Source: an uncultured Gemmatimonadaceae bacterium
Lineage (GTDB): Bacteria > Gemmatimonadota > Gemmatimonadetes > Gemmatimonadales > Gemmatimonadaceae
Length of the DNA stretch: 64,000 nt
Direction: 5' to 3'
Assembly (NCBI GenBank): GCA_963781585.1
Contig: CAWAGQ010000006.1
Span: 288,001-352,000, forward strand
In this document: positions 1-8,852 of the stretch, in pieces
How the letters are laid out: each line of letters opens with the position of its first letter
Position numbering within the stretch: the first letter of the stretch is position 1
The notes under the pieces: model-generated
Databases searched by the model: none
What the model saw: only the letters and a program-made list of their open reading frames with translations
What the model was told of the DNA's origin: nothing
Position numbers and translations under genes: made by a program

Positions 1-787
1 CGCCGCCGCCGCCGAGCAGCGCACGCATCGCACTGGCGACCGCCGAGGCGAAATAGTCGATCGGGCAGACCGTGTGCAGCGCCGAGAAAGCGCCGCCGCC
101 ACCGCCGCTCACGCGTGCGGGGTCCACGAACGCGAGCGCCGCCGTCCGGCGGTCGTAGGCGCCCAGGTCGAGCGCTCCCTCGCTGGGTCCCCCCATCGCG
201 CCGAGGGCCGTCCCGGCGGAGAGGGTGATCGAAACGCCCTTGTAGCATTGTTGGTACGTGAATCCGCCGGTCATGTACGGCGCGTTGCACCCGGCGTCGA
301 AGGGGCCGACCTGAGTGAGCACGTCCGCCGTCAGGGCCGACAGGTGGCCGAGGTACATGTAGACATCGGCGCAGGGATAGAACTGCACCGTGTAGTCGAC
401 CAGATCCGGCTGGCCGCCTCCCGAGCGCGTCTGGCGCCCCACGCTGGTGATGGCGATGTCGCCGGGCGACTGCACCGCCGCGGGCGTCGATCCGCCGGAG
501 ACGAACGGCGTATAGAGGTAGATGTGATCGGTGGGAAAGGTGTGCCCCGGTGGATTGAGGTTGCCGAGCGGAGCGATGTCCTGGAGCACCGCGAGGTCAA
601 CGGGCGACACCGCGAGCGGTGGTGCCGACGTGCACGCTGCGAGTCCGGAGGGGGGATTGGGGCCGGTTGAGCCGCCGCCATGGTGGCCGCCGCAGGCGAC
701 GACCGCCAGGATGGTCGCGCAGCAGGCGACCCGCGTGCCGACCGTACGGCACCCCTGCACAGGACTCCTAACGCTGTTTCGAAGCAT
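1..787 (-). CDS. Hypothetical lipoprotein, possibly M23/LytM-like fold (runs off the left edge)
   Basis: Manual translation from ATG at 787: MLRNSVRSP...TILAVVACGG (lipobox-like), then PLGNLNPPGHTFPTDHIYLY...YMYLGHL. Not in the ORF track, consistent with its stop lying outside the window. Confidence 0.65.
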   Translation of the reverse strand, partial: MLRNSVRSPVQGCRTVGTRVACCATILAVVACGGHHGGGSTGPNPPSGLAACTSAPPLAVSPVDLAVLQDIAPLGNLNPPGHTFPTDHIYLYTPFVSGGSTPAAVQSPGDIAITSVGRQTRSGGGQPDLVDYTVQFYPCADVYMYLGHLSALTADVLTQVGPFDAGCNAPYMTGGFTYQQCYKGVSITLSAGTALGAMGGPSEGALDLGAYDRRTAALAFVDPARVSGGGGGAFSALHTVCPIDYFASAVASAMRALLGGGG

Positions 788-806
788 GAAGTAGTATGGG
801 TGGGGA

Positions 807-889
807 AGGCCAAAGACCACAGGTCAAGGCGCCAGGTCAAAGGCCACAGTCAAGGCCAAAGGCCACAGGTCAGGGAATCAACAGGCCAA
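807..889 (+). repeat. Degenerate ~7-bp tandem array (AGGCCAA/AGGTCAA/AGGCCAC) in a divergent intergenic region
   Basis: Read directly: aggccaa agaccac aggtcaa ggcgcc aggtcaa aggccac agtcaa ggccaa aggccac aggtcag ... aggccaa. Confidence 0.75.
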
Positions 890-924
890 CGTCACACCGG
901 ACTTCAATGACAGGGAGCGAGAGA

Positions 925-1245
925 ATGGCGCTGTACATGATTCAGGCGTCGTACACGGCGGAAGGAGCCAGGGGGTTGATGAAGGAAGGCGGCAGCAAGC
1001 GAAAGGCGGCTGCGCAGAAGGCGGCAGAATCGCTCGGCGGAAAGCTGCTCTCCTTCTACTACACGATGGGGCGTGACGACATTGTCACCATCGGGGAGTT
1101 TCCTGACGATGTGTCGGCTGCCGCGTTGAGCATTACGATTGCAGCCAGTGGCGGCGCACGGTGCAGGACCACCGCGTTGCTCACGGCCGAGCAGGTCGAT
1201 TCCGCGGTAAAGAAGACGGTGGGCTATCGAGCGCCGGGCGCGTAG
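925..1245 (+). CDS. GYD domain-containing protein
   Basis: MALYMIQASYTAEGARGL...SLGGKL...YYTMGRDDIV pattern typical of the GYD family; purine-rich RBS before ATG 925. Confidence 0.85.
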   Translation: MALYMIQASYTAEGARGLMKEGGSKRKAAAQKAAESLGGKLLSFYYTMGRDDIVTIGEFPDDVSAAALSITIAASGGARCRTTALLTAEQVDSAVKKTVGYRAPGA

Positions 1246-1310
1246 CGTACGAGCGTAGAACTCGGCCTCGCCCCCGGTCCGCTCAGCGTTGACGGGATCC
1301 TGCCGCCCAG

Positions 1311-2291
1311 ATGATCAGCGTTGGCATCCGGGCGGCCCTGGAGGATCTGCGCTCGCTGATGCTGCTGACATCCGGCTATTCGGTCACGGCGCTCGTACCG
1401 CCGCGGTTCGATGCGCGGTTCGTGACGGGTGTGATGAGCGGTCCGCTGCTGGTTCACGAACGATGGGTGCGCCAGATCGCCGAGCGGATGCGGCTCGTCC
1501 TGGAGCCCTTTCTGCCTGACGCGGACTTCCACACGCTGGGCGCCGCGTACTGCCAGATGTTCCGCGAGAACCAGTGGATGCGGTGGCGCGCCATGCACGG
1601 CGCCGCGGTGGCCGTTTCGACAACCGTGGTCGGATTGCCCCACCTCAAGGCGGCGCACGCCCGGGGGCGCGGCGTCATCCTGTGGGGCATGTCGTTCTGC
1701 GAAACGCTGGTGGTCAAGATGGGACTCCATCGGGCCGGTGTGGCGCTGGTTCACCTGAGCACTGCAAACCACGGAGCAGCCTGGCCGCCGACGCGTCTCG
1801 GACTTCGCGCTGTCGCGCCGCTCTACACCGCCGCGGAGACGCCCTACCTGGCCGAGCGCGTGGTGATCCCTGCGGACCAGTCGCTGGGTTACATGCGTGT
1901 GCTGATGGATCGCCTTGCCGCGAACCGCTGTGTCTCGATTGCCGGTGACGGCGTCGCACGGAGGCAGAACATCCCCGCCACGGTACTGGGTCGTGCGGCG
2001 CACTTTGCTCCGGGTGCGCCCGGCCTCGCATTGAAAATGGGATCTGCGCTGCTTCCGCTGCATGTGGTTCGGGAGGGGCCGCTGCGCTACCGCGTGGTCA
2101 TCGACGAGGAGATTGAGGTCGATCGCGATCTGGCGAAACCGGCGTTCATTGACCGTGCCGTCAGCGAGTTCGCGCGGCGTTTGGAGCAGCGCGTGCTCGA
2201 GCGTCCGGCGGACTGGGCGTGGTACTCGCACATGGTGCTCGCCTGGATGCGCGAGATGCGGAAGACGGATGCCTCGGATGGAGCGGATTAG
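1311..2291 (+). CDS. Lipid A/lysophospholipid acyltransferase family protein (LpxL/HtrB-like)
   Basis: GLPHLKAAHARGRGVIL, VSIAGD, LGRAAHFAPGAPGLA, LEQRVLERPADWAW motifs; the usual catalytic His position reads Ser. Confidence 0.75.
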   Translation: MISVGIRAALEDLRSLMLLTSGYSVTALVPPRFDARFVTGVMSGPLLVHERWVRQIAERMRLVLEPFLPDADFHTLGAAYCQMFRENQWMRWRAMHGAAVAVSTTVVGLPHLKAAHARGRGVILWGMSFCETLVVKMGLHRAGVALVHLSTANHGAAWPPTRLGLRAVAPLYTAAETPYLAERVVIPADQSLGYMRVLMDRLAANRCVSIAGDGVARRQNIPATVLGRAAHFAPGAPGLALKMGSALLPLHVVREGPLRYRVVIDEEIEVDRDLAKPAFIDRAVSEFARRLEQRVLERPADWAWYSHMVLAWMREMRKTDASDGAD

Positions 2292-2480
2292 GGAAATGCA
2301 GATGATTGAAGTGGCTGAGGCGGATTCAGGAAAGGCGGATGCGCCGGATGGTGAGGATGAGGGCGAGTTTGGGAAGCGCGGACAGTTGAAGTGGCTGAGG
2401 CGGATTCAGGAAAGGCGGGTCCGTCCGATGACGCGGAGGAGCGGGTCAGGAAGGCGGATGATTCGGATGGAGCGAATGTC
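2263..2480 (+). repeat. CGGAT 9-bp-period triplets plus a 33-bp direct repeat (2306-2338 and 2386-2418)
   Basis: gacggatgc ctcggatgg agcggatta; ggcggatgc gccggatgg tgaggatga; ggcggatga ttcggatgg agcgaatgt; ttgaagtggctgaggcggattcaggaaaggcgg occurs twice, 80 bp apart. Confidence 0.85.
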
Positions 2481-2576
2481 CGCGGCTCGGTAGGGCAGTG
2501 ACTTGGGATGCATAACCCTGATGGCTCGCGCGTTGGGATGATGATACCGGTCCTGGCACACCTGCCATCCTATCGC

Positions 2577-3134
2577 ATGGCACGCCGCCCCGACGGGTTG
2601 GTCGAAGAAGAGCTTACACGTTCCGTGATCGGCGCGTTCTTTGACGTCTACAACAATCTCGGCTACGGATTCCTCGAGCACGTGTACAGCAAGGCACTCG
2701 AGCACGAGCTGCGCGAACGCGGACATCGCGTACGCCGGGAGGTGTGGGTAAGCGTCAGCTACAAGGGGGTCCCGCTCACCTCACAACGGCTCGACTTCGT
2801 CGTCGACGACAAGCTGGTCCTGGAGATCAAGTCGACCCCGTCACTGCACGCGAGCGCGGCGCGCCAGCTCTACAACTACCTCCGGGCGACCGACCTGCCG
2901 GTGGGCCTACTGCTCCATTTCGGACCCCAGCCGAGATTCCACCGTCTGATCTGCTCGCACCGGGCGGATAAGGCGCATAGTGCGGATACGGCGGATACGG
3001 TAGATCAGCCGCACAGGGCGGATCAGGCGCACAGGGCGGATCAGGCGCACAGGGCGGATCAGGCGCACAGGGCGGATCAGGCCGATAGGGCGGATACGGC
3101 GGGTGGACCGGATTTCAGCGAATCGGCTGGGTGA
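2577..3134 (+). CDS. GxxExxY protein (PD-(D/E)xK nuclease-like) with a repeat-encoded C-terminal tail
   Basis: LGYGFLEHVY signature, RLDFVVDDKLVLEIKS, QLYNYLRAT, GLLLHFG. Confidence 0.92.
   Translation: MARRPDGLVEEELTRSVIGAFFDVYNNLGYGFLEHVYSKALEHELRERGHRVRREVWVSVSYKGVPLTSQRLDFVVDDKLVLEIKSTPSLHASAARQLYNYLRATDLPVGLLLHFGPQPRFHRLICSHRADKAHSADTADTVDQPHRADQAHRADQAHRADQAHRADQADRADTAGGPDFSESAG
2964..3120 (+). repeat. 9/18-bp tandem array (gcggatcag gcgcacagg)n encoding ADQAHR repeats
   Basis: Three exact 18-mers plus degenerate gcggatNNN flanking units, read directly. Confidence 0.92.
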
Positions 3135-3182
3135 GCCCGATCAGACGCTACCCGTTGTCAAATCGCAGATACTGGTTGCTTG

Positions 3183-3218
3183 ATCCGCTTTGATCCGTCC
3201 CATCAGCCGTATCCGTTC
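3183..3218 (-). repeat. Inverted (ATCCG) copy of the CGGAT repeat downstream of GxxExxY
   Basis: atccgctttg atccgtccc atcagccgt atccgttcc is the reverse complement of the upstream CGGAT units at 9-10 bp spacing. Confidence 0.7.
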
Positions 3219-3223
3219 CCTGC

Positions 3224-4507
3224 TCAGTCGCGAACAATCAGTCGCACGAACCGGCGGAGGTTGTCCGCTCCATGCCGCGAAGCGACCCATGCGCGCGCGC
3301 GTTGGCCCATCTCCTGACGTACCGGCTCACGCGTCAGGCAGCGCATGACCCGGTCGACGAATTCGCCGCGGTCACGGCACAGGAATCCGGTCACGCCGTC
3401 CTGCACCAGCTCGTCCGCACCCGGGTAGCGCATGCTGATCACCGGAATGCCGAGCGACATGGCTTCGAGGGCAGCGATCGGCAACCCCTCGTGATGCGAA
3501 GTGAGACAGAACAGTCGTGAGGCACGCAGCCACGGTGTCACGTCCTGCTGCCATCCGGCGAGCACGAGCGGCGGTTCCAGGCCGAGTCGCGTGCGCTGAC
3601 GCTCGAGTTCCGCGAGCCCAGGACCGCCGCCGACGATGACGGCGCGAACGGAAGGGCGCATCTCGCGGATGTCGCGGAGAATCTCCACCAGGAGCGAGAG
3701 GTTTTTCACCGGCGCCAGGCGACCCACGTAGATCAGGTCGAATCCGTCGTCAGGTACCGGCATCGCGCGCGCGTCTGCTGATGCGCGAGGGCCGGAGCGG
3801 AATTGCGGCGCGGGCGCACCCGACCAGAAAAGGGGTGGTCTCGCCTTGGCATCTACAGCGTCATCCGGGCGCTCCGGATCGGGCAGCGGGCCGGCCCAGT
3901 TGCGGCTCACCACGACCTTTTCCGCCGGCACCGCGAACGTTGCGACAAGGTCGACCTTCGCCGCGTCGGTCGGGACGGCAACCCAGTCGGCGCGCGAGTA
4001 GCCCAGTCGCACGAGGGTCCGCAGGAACGCGGCATGCACCCTGCCGCGCGACTGTTCGACAACTGCGCCCGACGGGAACGAATCGTCGCTGATGCCGATG
4101 CGCATGGCGCGCCACCAGAACAGTCGACGAAGCATCACCGCGATGAGCCCGGGGCCGCGGAGGAAGCCGATGATGCGCTGCGGCCGCAACGTGAGCACGC
4201 ACCAGAAGCAGAACAGCGGGAAGGGCACGGCGAGCACACCCGCGACACCCCTTGGCCGACAGCGGATCCGGACCACCGACTCTTCGACCGCGTCGAAAAA
4301 CGCCCGCTCACCCGGATCGGCGGGCGGCCCCTCGCGCAGGAGCAGGTGGATCGTGCCCTCGAACGACTCGCAGTAAGTCGTCAGGCAGCGCGCGAAATCG
4401 GCGATCTTCCGCTGCACGCCGCCTGCGCCGAGGTCGTGACTGATGAGGACAATGGTCGGTCCGCGCCTTTCGGCGCCTCCCGGCGTCGATGAGGTCGCTC
4501 CGCTCAT
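3224..4507 (-). CDS. Glycosyltransferase family 4
   Basis: LGAGGVQR, YVGRLAPVKN, SHHEGLPIAALEAMSLGIPVI (EX7E motif). Confidence 0.92.
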   Translation of the reverse strand: MSGATSSTPGGAERRGPTIVLISHDLGAGGVQRKIADFARCLTTYCESFEGTIHLLLREGPPADPGERAFFDAVEESVVRIRCRPRGVAGVLAVPFPLFCFWCVLTLRPQRIIGFLRGPGLIAVMLRRLFWWRAMRIGISDDSFPSGAVVEQSRGRVHAAFLRTLVRLGYSRADWVAVPTDAAKVDLVATFAVPAEKVVVSRNWAGPLPDPERPDDAVDAKARPPLFWSGAPAPQFRSGPRASADARAMPVPDDGFDLIYVGRLAPVKNLSLLVEILRDIREMRPSVRAVIVGGGPGLAELERQRTRLGLEPPLVLAGWQQDVTPWLRASRLFCLTSHHEGLPIAALEAMSLGIPVISMRYPGADELVQDGVTGFLCRDRGEFVDRVMRCLTREPVRQEMGQRARAWVASRHGADNLRRFVRLIVRD

Positions 4508-4532
4508 TCCCCGGCGCCCTGAGCGGATCCGC

Positions 4533-6335
4533 TCATTCCACGGCTGGCACCGAACGGTGGGCGCCGTCCGGGTCCTCGCGCCGCAGCGATTCATCCGATT
4601 TGTCCACCCGACCCGACCGGAGGGCGATCACGTGATCGGCCCCCGCCACTGCCGAGTCGCGATGCGCGATCACGATCCGCGTGCAGCCGCGAAAGGCGGC
4701 ATCGAGCGCCTCCCGGATGGATGCTTCCGCCGGCGCGTCGAGCGCACTGGTGGCCTCGTCGAGAATCAGGATGTCGGATTTCCGCAGGATCGCCCGTGCA
4801 ATGGCGACGCGCTGACGCTGCCCGCCGGACAGCTTCACCCCGCGATTCCCGACCACCGTGTCGTAGCCCTCCGGCATCTGCTGAACGAACTCGTACACTC
4901 CCGCCATGCGAGCCGCCGCGGCCACCGCCTCCTGGTCGGCATCCTCCGCGCCTAACGTGATGTTGCTGCGCAGGGTATCATTGAAGATGAATTCATCCTG
5001 GCTCACCAGAGCGATCCGGCCGCGCCAGGAGGCGAGGTCGAGATCGGGAAGTGGCGAATCGTCGATCAGAATCGCGCCGCGCTGCGGGTCGTGGAAGCGC
5101 AGGATGAGATCGATGACCGTCGACTTTCCCGCGGCTGACGGACCGATGATGGCGGTGGTGCGACCGGCCGGAATCCCGAAGGTCGCATCGTCCAGCGCCC
5201 ATGTTCCATCGTCGTCCCAGGCGAAGCTCACGTTCTCGAACCGAATGCCGCGCGTGAGCCCGGTGAACGCGCGTGAGCCAGAGCGCAGGAAGGGCTTGTC
5301 GTCGACCCGCAACAGTTCGTGGATGCGGCGCGCGAACGGCCACCGGCTGGCGATCTGCGCGCGCGCGCGATTCAATTCCTTGATGGCGGGGAGAATCCTG
5401 GTGAGCACATATGCGAACGGCACCAGCTGCACCAGGAAGACTTCCCGATTTCCCCCGCCCATCTGCAGTGCCACCAGACAGACTACCGCCAGCGCGACGA
5501 CGCCGAGGCTCTCGGTCAGGATGTGCGCCAGGTAATTGCCGAGGATGATGTGCTGGTTCGCCTGGGCGTACGCTTCGGCATGTTCGTTCAGCAGCGCGCT
5601 ACGGCGCCGTTCCTGCACCGCGGCGCGGATCACGTGCATGCCGGCAATTGTCTCGTACAGCGAGGCGGCGAGCTGGCGACTCCGCCCCTCGGCGCTCGAC
5701 CCGGCGCGCGAGAGGAAGCGCACGTAGCTCGTCAGAACAGCGAGTATGGCGCCGGCGGCGACCGCCGACAACAAGGTCAGTCGCCACGAGAGAATCAGCA
5801 GCACCACGAAGAGCGCCACGAACGAGGTGAGATTCACGAAGAAGTCGGCCGCCTGCACGATCAGAAACTCGATGCGTGAGGTGTGGGTGAGCAGCCGCTC
5901 CACCAGATCGCCGGGCTGTGATCCGTGGAGGTAGTCGAGCCTGACGCGCATCAGGAGGTCCACACCGCGTTTCCGGAGATCGAGCGTGATTCGCGACGAG
6001 AGCCACGCCGCCAGATACGTCGACGCCGCCAGCAGCGCATTCTTGAGCAGAATGGCGCCGACCACCGCCGCAAGTGAGAACAGGACCTGGTCGCGGACGG
6101 GATAGGTGCCGAAGAGGAGCGCGAGACGACGAAGCACGGTGGGAAGGGCGGTGTAGTCCTGGCCGCCCTGCAGGCTCACGAGCAGCGGCACCAGCATGCC
6201 GACCGACACGCCGTCGAACAGCGACGCGGCCATGGACGCCAGCAGGAAGGTCGCGATCCGCGCGCGATACGGCCGGAGCAGCGCCCGCACAAACCCTCGC
6301 GGAACCCCCCGCCGCTCCATGTCCGCGGACATCAC
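4533..6335 (-). CDS. ABC exporter, fused permease/ATPase (MsbA/HepA-like, probable glycan or glycolipid flippase)
   Basis: N-terminal TM helices, Walker A GPSAAGKST, LSGGQRQR, ILDEATSALD; located inside a glycosyltransferase operon. Confidence 0.93.
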   Translation of the reverse strand: MMSADMERRGVPRGFVRALLRPYRARIATFLLASMAASLFDGVSVGMLVPLLVSLQGGQDYTALPTVLRRLALLFGTYPVRDQVLFSLAAVVGAILLKNALLAASTYLAAWLSSRITLDLRKRGVDLLMRVRLDYLHGSQPGDLVERLLTHTSRIEFLIVQAADFFVNLTSFVALFVVLLILSWRLTLLSAVAAGAILAVLTSYVRFLSRAGSSAEGRSRQLAASLYETIAGMHVIRAAVQERRRSALLNEHAEAYAQANQHIILGNYLAHILTESLGVVALAVVCLVALQMGGGNREVFLVQLVPFAYVLTRILPAIKELNRARAQIASRWPFARRIHELLRVDDKPFLRSGSRAFTGLTRGIRFENVSFAWDDDGTWALDDATFGIPAGRTTAIIGPSAAGKSTVIDLILRFHDPQRGAILIDDSPLPDLDLASWRGRIALVSQDEFIFNDTLRSNITLGAEDADQEAVAAAARMAGVYEFVQQMPEGYDTVVGNRGVKLSGGQRQRVAIARAILRKSDILILDEATSALDAPAEASIREALDAAFRGCTRIVIAHRDSAVAGADHVIALRSGRVDKSDESLRREDPDGAHRSVPAVE

Positions 6336-7729
6336 GCGCCGGCCACGCGGTGCGACGAGCTCTCGGCTCCGCGCCCGTCGTGTTGCTCTGCGCGCTTCGC
6401 TGCGCCGGCGTCCCGCGCGTCCGGTGCGTCCCCTGCGTCCCCTGCGTTCCCTGCGTCCCCTGTGTCCCCTGCGTCCGGTGCACCGCGCGTTCCGCTCGCT
6501 CCGGCACGAGCCGAGCTGACGATCTCGAGATACCGGGCGATGTGCGCATCGGCGGTCCAGCGCGTTTGCCAGGCCTCGAAGCCTGCGCGTCCCAGCGCCG
6601 TGCGCCTCGCCGGATCGCGCAGCAGCTCGGCGAGGTGGCGGCGAAGCTCCGCCTCGTCGTCGTACAGGAGACCTCCGCCACTCTCACGGATGATGTCGGG
6701 CGGCGAGCCGAGGTTGCGGCAGATCACCGGCGTGCCCGACCGGAACGCCTCGAGGATGACGAGCGGGAAGACCTCGAACCAGAGCGACGGGAGAATGAGC
6801 GCGACGGCGTTCCGGTACCACTCGACAAGATCCGCGTGCGCCACCTGTCCGAGAAAGCGGATATGCTGTGAATCACCGGCCTGTCGCCGGAGCTCGCTTT
6901 CATCGGCACCCGTTCCCGCGATGACGAGCGTTCCCAGCTCACCGGAAAGGAACAGCGGCAGGATGGTCTGCACGCCCTTGATCTTCTCGAGGCGCCCGGC
7001 GTAGAGGAAGTACGGAGCGTCACCACGTCGTCCGGGCGGCGCGGCGGTGGCGGGCGAGGACGCGCGATCCACGGCCGGCGCGAAGTTCGGCAGGTAGCGT
7101 ACGGGACGCTCGAAGCCGGTCCGCGCGAACCGCTGCTCCATGAACCGGCTCGGTGCCAGGAAGACGTCGACGTGGCGGGTGGCGCGCCGGAGCATCGGCG
7201 TGTAGCGCCAGAGTTGCGGCGGGCGTCCGTGGATCAACGTGCACGCGAAGCAACGCCGCGTGGTGCAGGGAGCGCGCTTGAACCGATAGAGCAGATGGGT
7301 AGGACACTCCAGCCAGTACTCGTGCATCGTGTACAGCTTGCACGCGTCGCCCAGGGCCAGGACCCCCGGACCACCCACCAGCGACACGTTGTGAAAGTGG
7401 ATCACGTCGAATCCGCGCTGGAGGATGCGCCGGATCGCCCGCCCCGTGAAAACCGGGAACCCCGTCTGCTGGGTGGTGAGCGACGCGATCGGCCCCAGCC
7501 GGCTGTGCAGGCCATGCACTGTCACCCCCGGGTGCTGCGGCAGTGGCTCGGTGCCGGGGCCGTCGACGAACAGGTGATAGGAATCGACGGAGTGAATGAC
7601 GTCGACTTCGTGACCGCGGCGCGCCAGCTCATTCGACAGGTGATGCACGAAGATCCCGTCCCCCCCGAAGTGATAGGGTGGATAGAACGTCGTGATCATG
7701 CAGAATCGGAGCGGCCGATCCGCATTCAT
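6332..7729 (-). CDS. Glycosyltransferase family 4
   Basis: FYPPYHFGG, YTMHEYWLECP, YAGRLEKIKG, PSLWFEVFPLVILEA. Confidence 0.92.
   Translation of the reverse strand: MNADRPLRFCMITTFYPPYHFGGDGIFVHHLSNELARRGHEVDVIHSVDSYHLFVDGPGTEPLPQHPGVTVHGLHSRLGPIASLTTQQTGFPVFTGRAIRRILQRGFDVIHFHNVSLVGGPGVLALGDACKLYTMHEYWLECPTHLLYRFKRAPCTTRRCFACTLIHGRPPQLWRYTPMLRRATRHVDVFLAPSRFMEQRFARTGFERPVRYLPNFAPAVDRASSPATAAPPGRRGDAPYFLYAGRLEKIKGVQTILPLFLSGELGTLVIAGTGADESELRRQAGDSQHIRFLGQVAHADLVEWYRNAVALILPSLWFEVFPLVILEAFRSGTPVICRNLGSPPDIIRESGGGLLYDDEAELRRHLAELLRDPARRTALGRAGFEAWQTRWTADAHIARYLEIVSSARAGASGTRGAPDAGDTGDAGNAGDAGDAPDARDAGAAKRAEQHDGRGAESSSHRVAGA
6410..6480 (-). repeat. 9-bp tandem array (AGGGGACGC)n in the GT C-terminal tail (GDA repeats)
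   Basis: Plus strand gcgtcccct gcgtcccct gcgttccct gcgtcccct gtgtcccct gcgtccggt. Confidence 0.88.
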
Positions 7730-7763
7730 CGGGAGCGCGCTCACGGGGGACCGCCCCACGGGT

Positions 7764-8846
7764 TCATCCGACGGCGTACCGGATCACCCGGTCGTAAATG
7801 GCGGCGCGACAATCCCACGTATGGTGACCAAGGATGTACCCGACCGCGGCGTTGCGATCCCAGTCGGTTCGCGCGGCGGCCGCGGCGCGTTCGGCCATGA
7901 ACTCCATGTTACCGTTAGGCACCACCTCGCCCAGCCCCGATTCCGTCACCACCTGGTCGTTCGGGAACCCTGCCTCGCTGATGACGGGAAGGCCGGCCCG
8001 CAGATAGTGGTAGATCTTGGTGCTCTCGTTGTTGTGCATGAACGGTCCGGCGGCTACCACGATGCCCACGTTCGCGAAGTGCAGGTAGTTCCAGGATGCT
8101 TCATAGGACGAGTGCCCCAGGTGGGTTATCAGCGTTCGATCGAGGGCGCGCGTGTTTCCCGTACCAAGGAAATAGAGCCTGATGCCCCGCGCGGCGAGGT
8201 GACGGCCGAGGGCGTTCAGCTTCCCGGCCAGGACACGATTGGCCTCCGGCTGATCCCGCATTCCATAGATATTGCCGGCGAACAGCACGCGAGGCCGCCC
8301 ATCGGCCGGGAAGGGATCCGCGCCGGGCGCGGGAATCTCCGCATCCACAGCGCCCGGCACGAGCAGGAGATTGTCGGGCCGGCCGTGACACGATCGCCAC
8401 AGCTCCGCCGCCTGGGGGCTCAGGACCGTGACGTAGCGCGCCGCGGCCGCGATCGCGCCCTGCGTGTCGTAGAGTCGCTCTCGCACCCGGCCGTAAAAGT
8501 AGATGCCGGGCATGTCTTCCGGACCCACGACCGATCCCAGCTTCGCGATGAGGAAGGGGTGATCGGCGCCTCCGCGCTCGGCGAGCGTGGTGAATCCGTC
8601 GTGGAAGAGCGTCTTCACCACATCGTAGTCGCGCCAGCGGATCCCGCGCAGCGGAACCCGTCGCACCCCGTTCCGCAGGATCACGCGATCGCGTGACGGC
8701 CACCACGAGATGGCATCGGTCGCGAAATGCACTTCGTGACCGAGCCGTGCCAGCGCCTCGGAGACCTTCACCCACCGGATGACCGACATCTCGACCGCGC
8801 GCAGTGGCCGTCGCGACGGCGAGAACACGGTGACGATTCTGGCCAT
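7764..8846 (-). CDS. GT-B glycosyltransferase-like protein
   Basis: LARLGHEVHF, VLFAGNI, STKIYHYLRAGLPVIS (K-x-x-x-Y-x-x-A-G-L-P-V motif), HHTWDCRA. Confidence 0.75.
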   Translation of the reverse strand: MARIVTVFSPSRRPLRAVEMSVIRWVKVSEALARLGHEVHFATDAISWWPSRDRVILRNGVRRVPLRGIRWRDYDVVKTLFHDGFTTLAERGGADHPFLIAKLGSVVGPEDMPGIYFYGRVRERLYDTQGAIAAAARYVTVLSPQAAELWRSCHGRPDNLLLVPGAVDAEIPAPGADPFPADGRPRVLFAGNIYGMRDQPEANRVLAGKLNALGRHLAARGIRLYFLGTGNTRALDRTLITHLGHSSYEASWNYLHFANVGIVVAAGPFMHNNESTKIYHYLRAGLPVISEAGFPNDQVVTESGLGEVVPNGNMEFMAERAAAAARTDWDRNAAVGYILGHHTWDCRAAIYDRVIRYAVG

Positions 8847-8852
8847 CGCGCC

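Noticed and set aside
2306..2418. 33-bp direct repeat with a 47-bp spacer as a mini-CRISPR
   Set aside because: Only two copies, the spacer itself contains the CGGAT repeat, and there are no cas genes.
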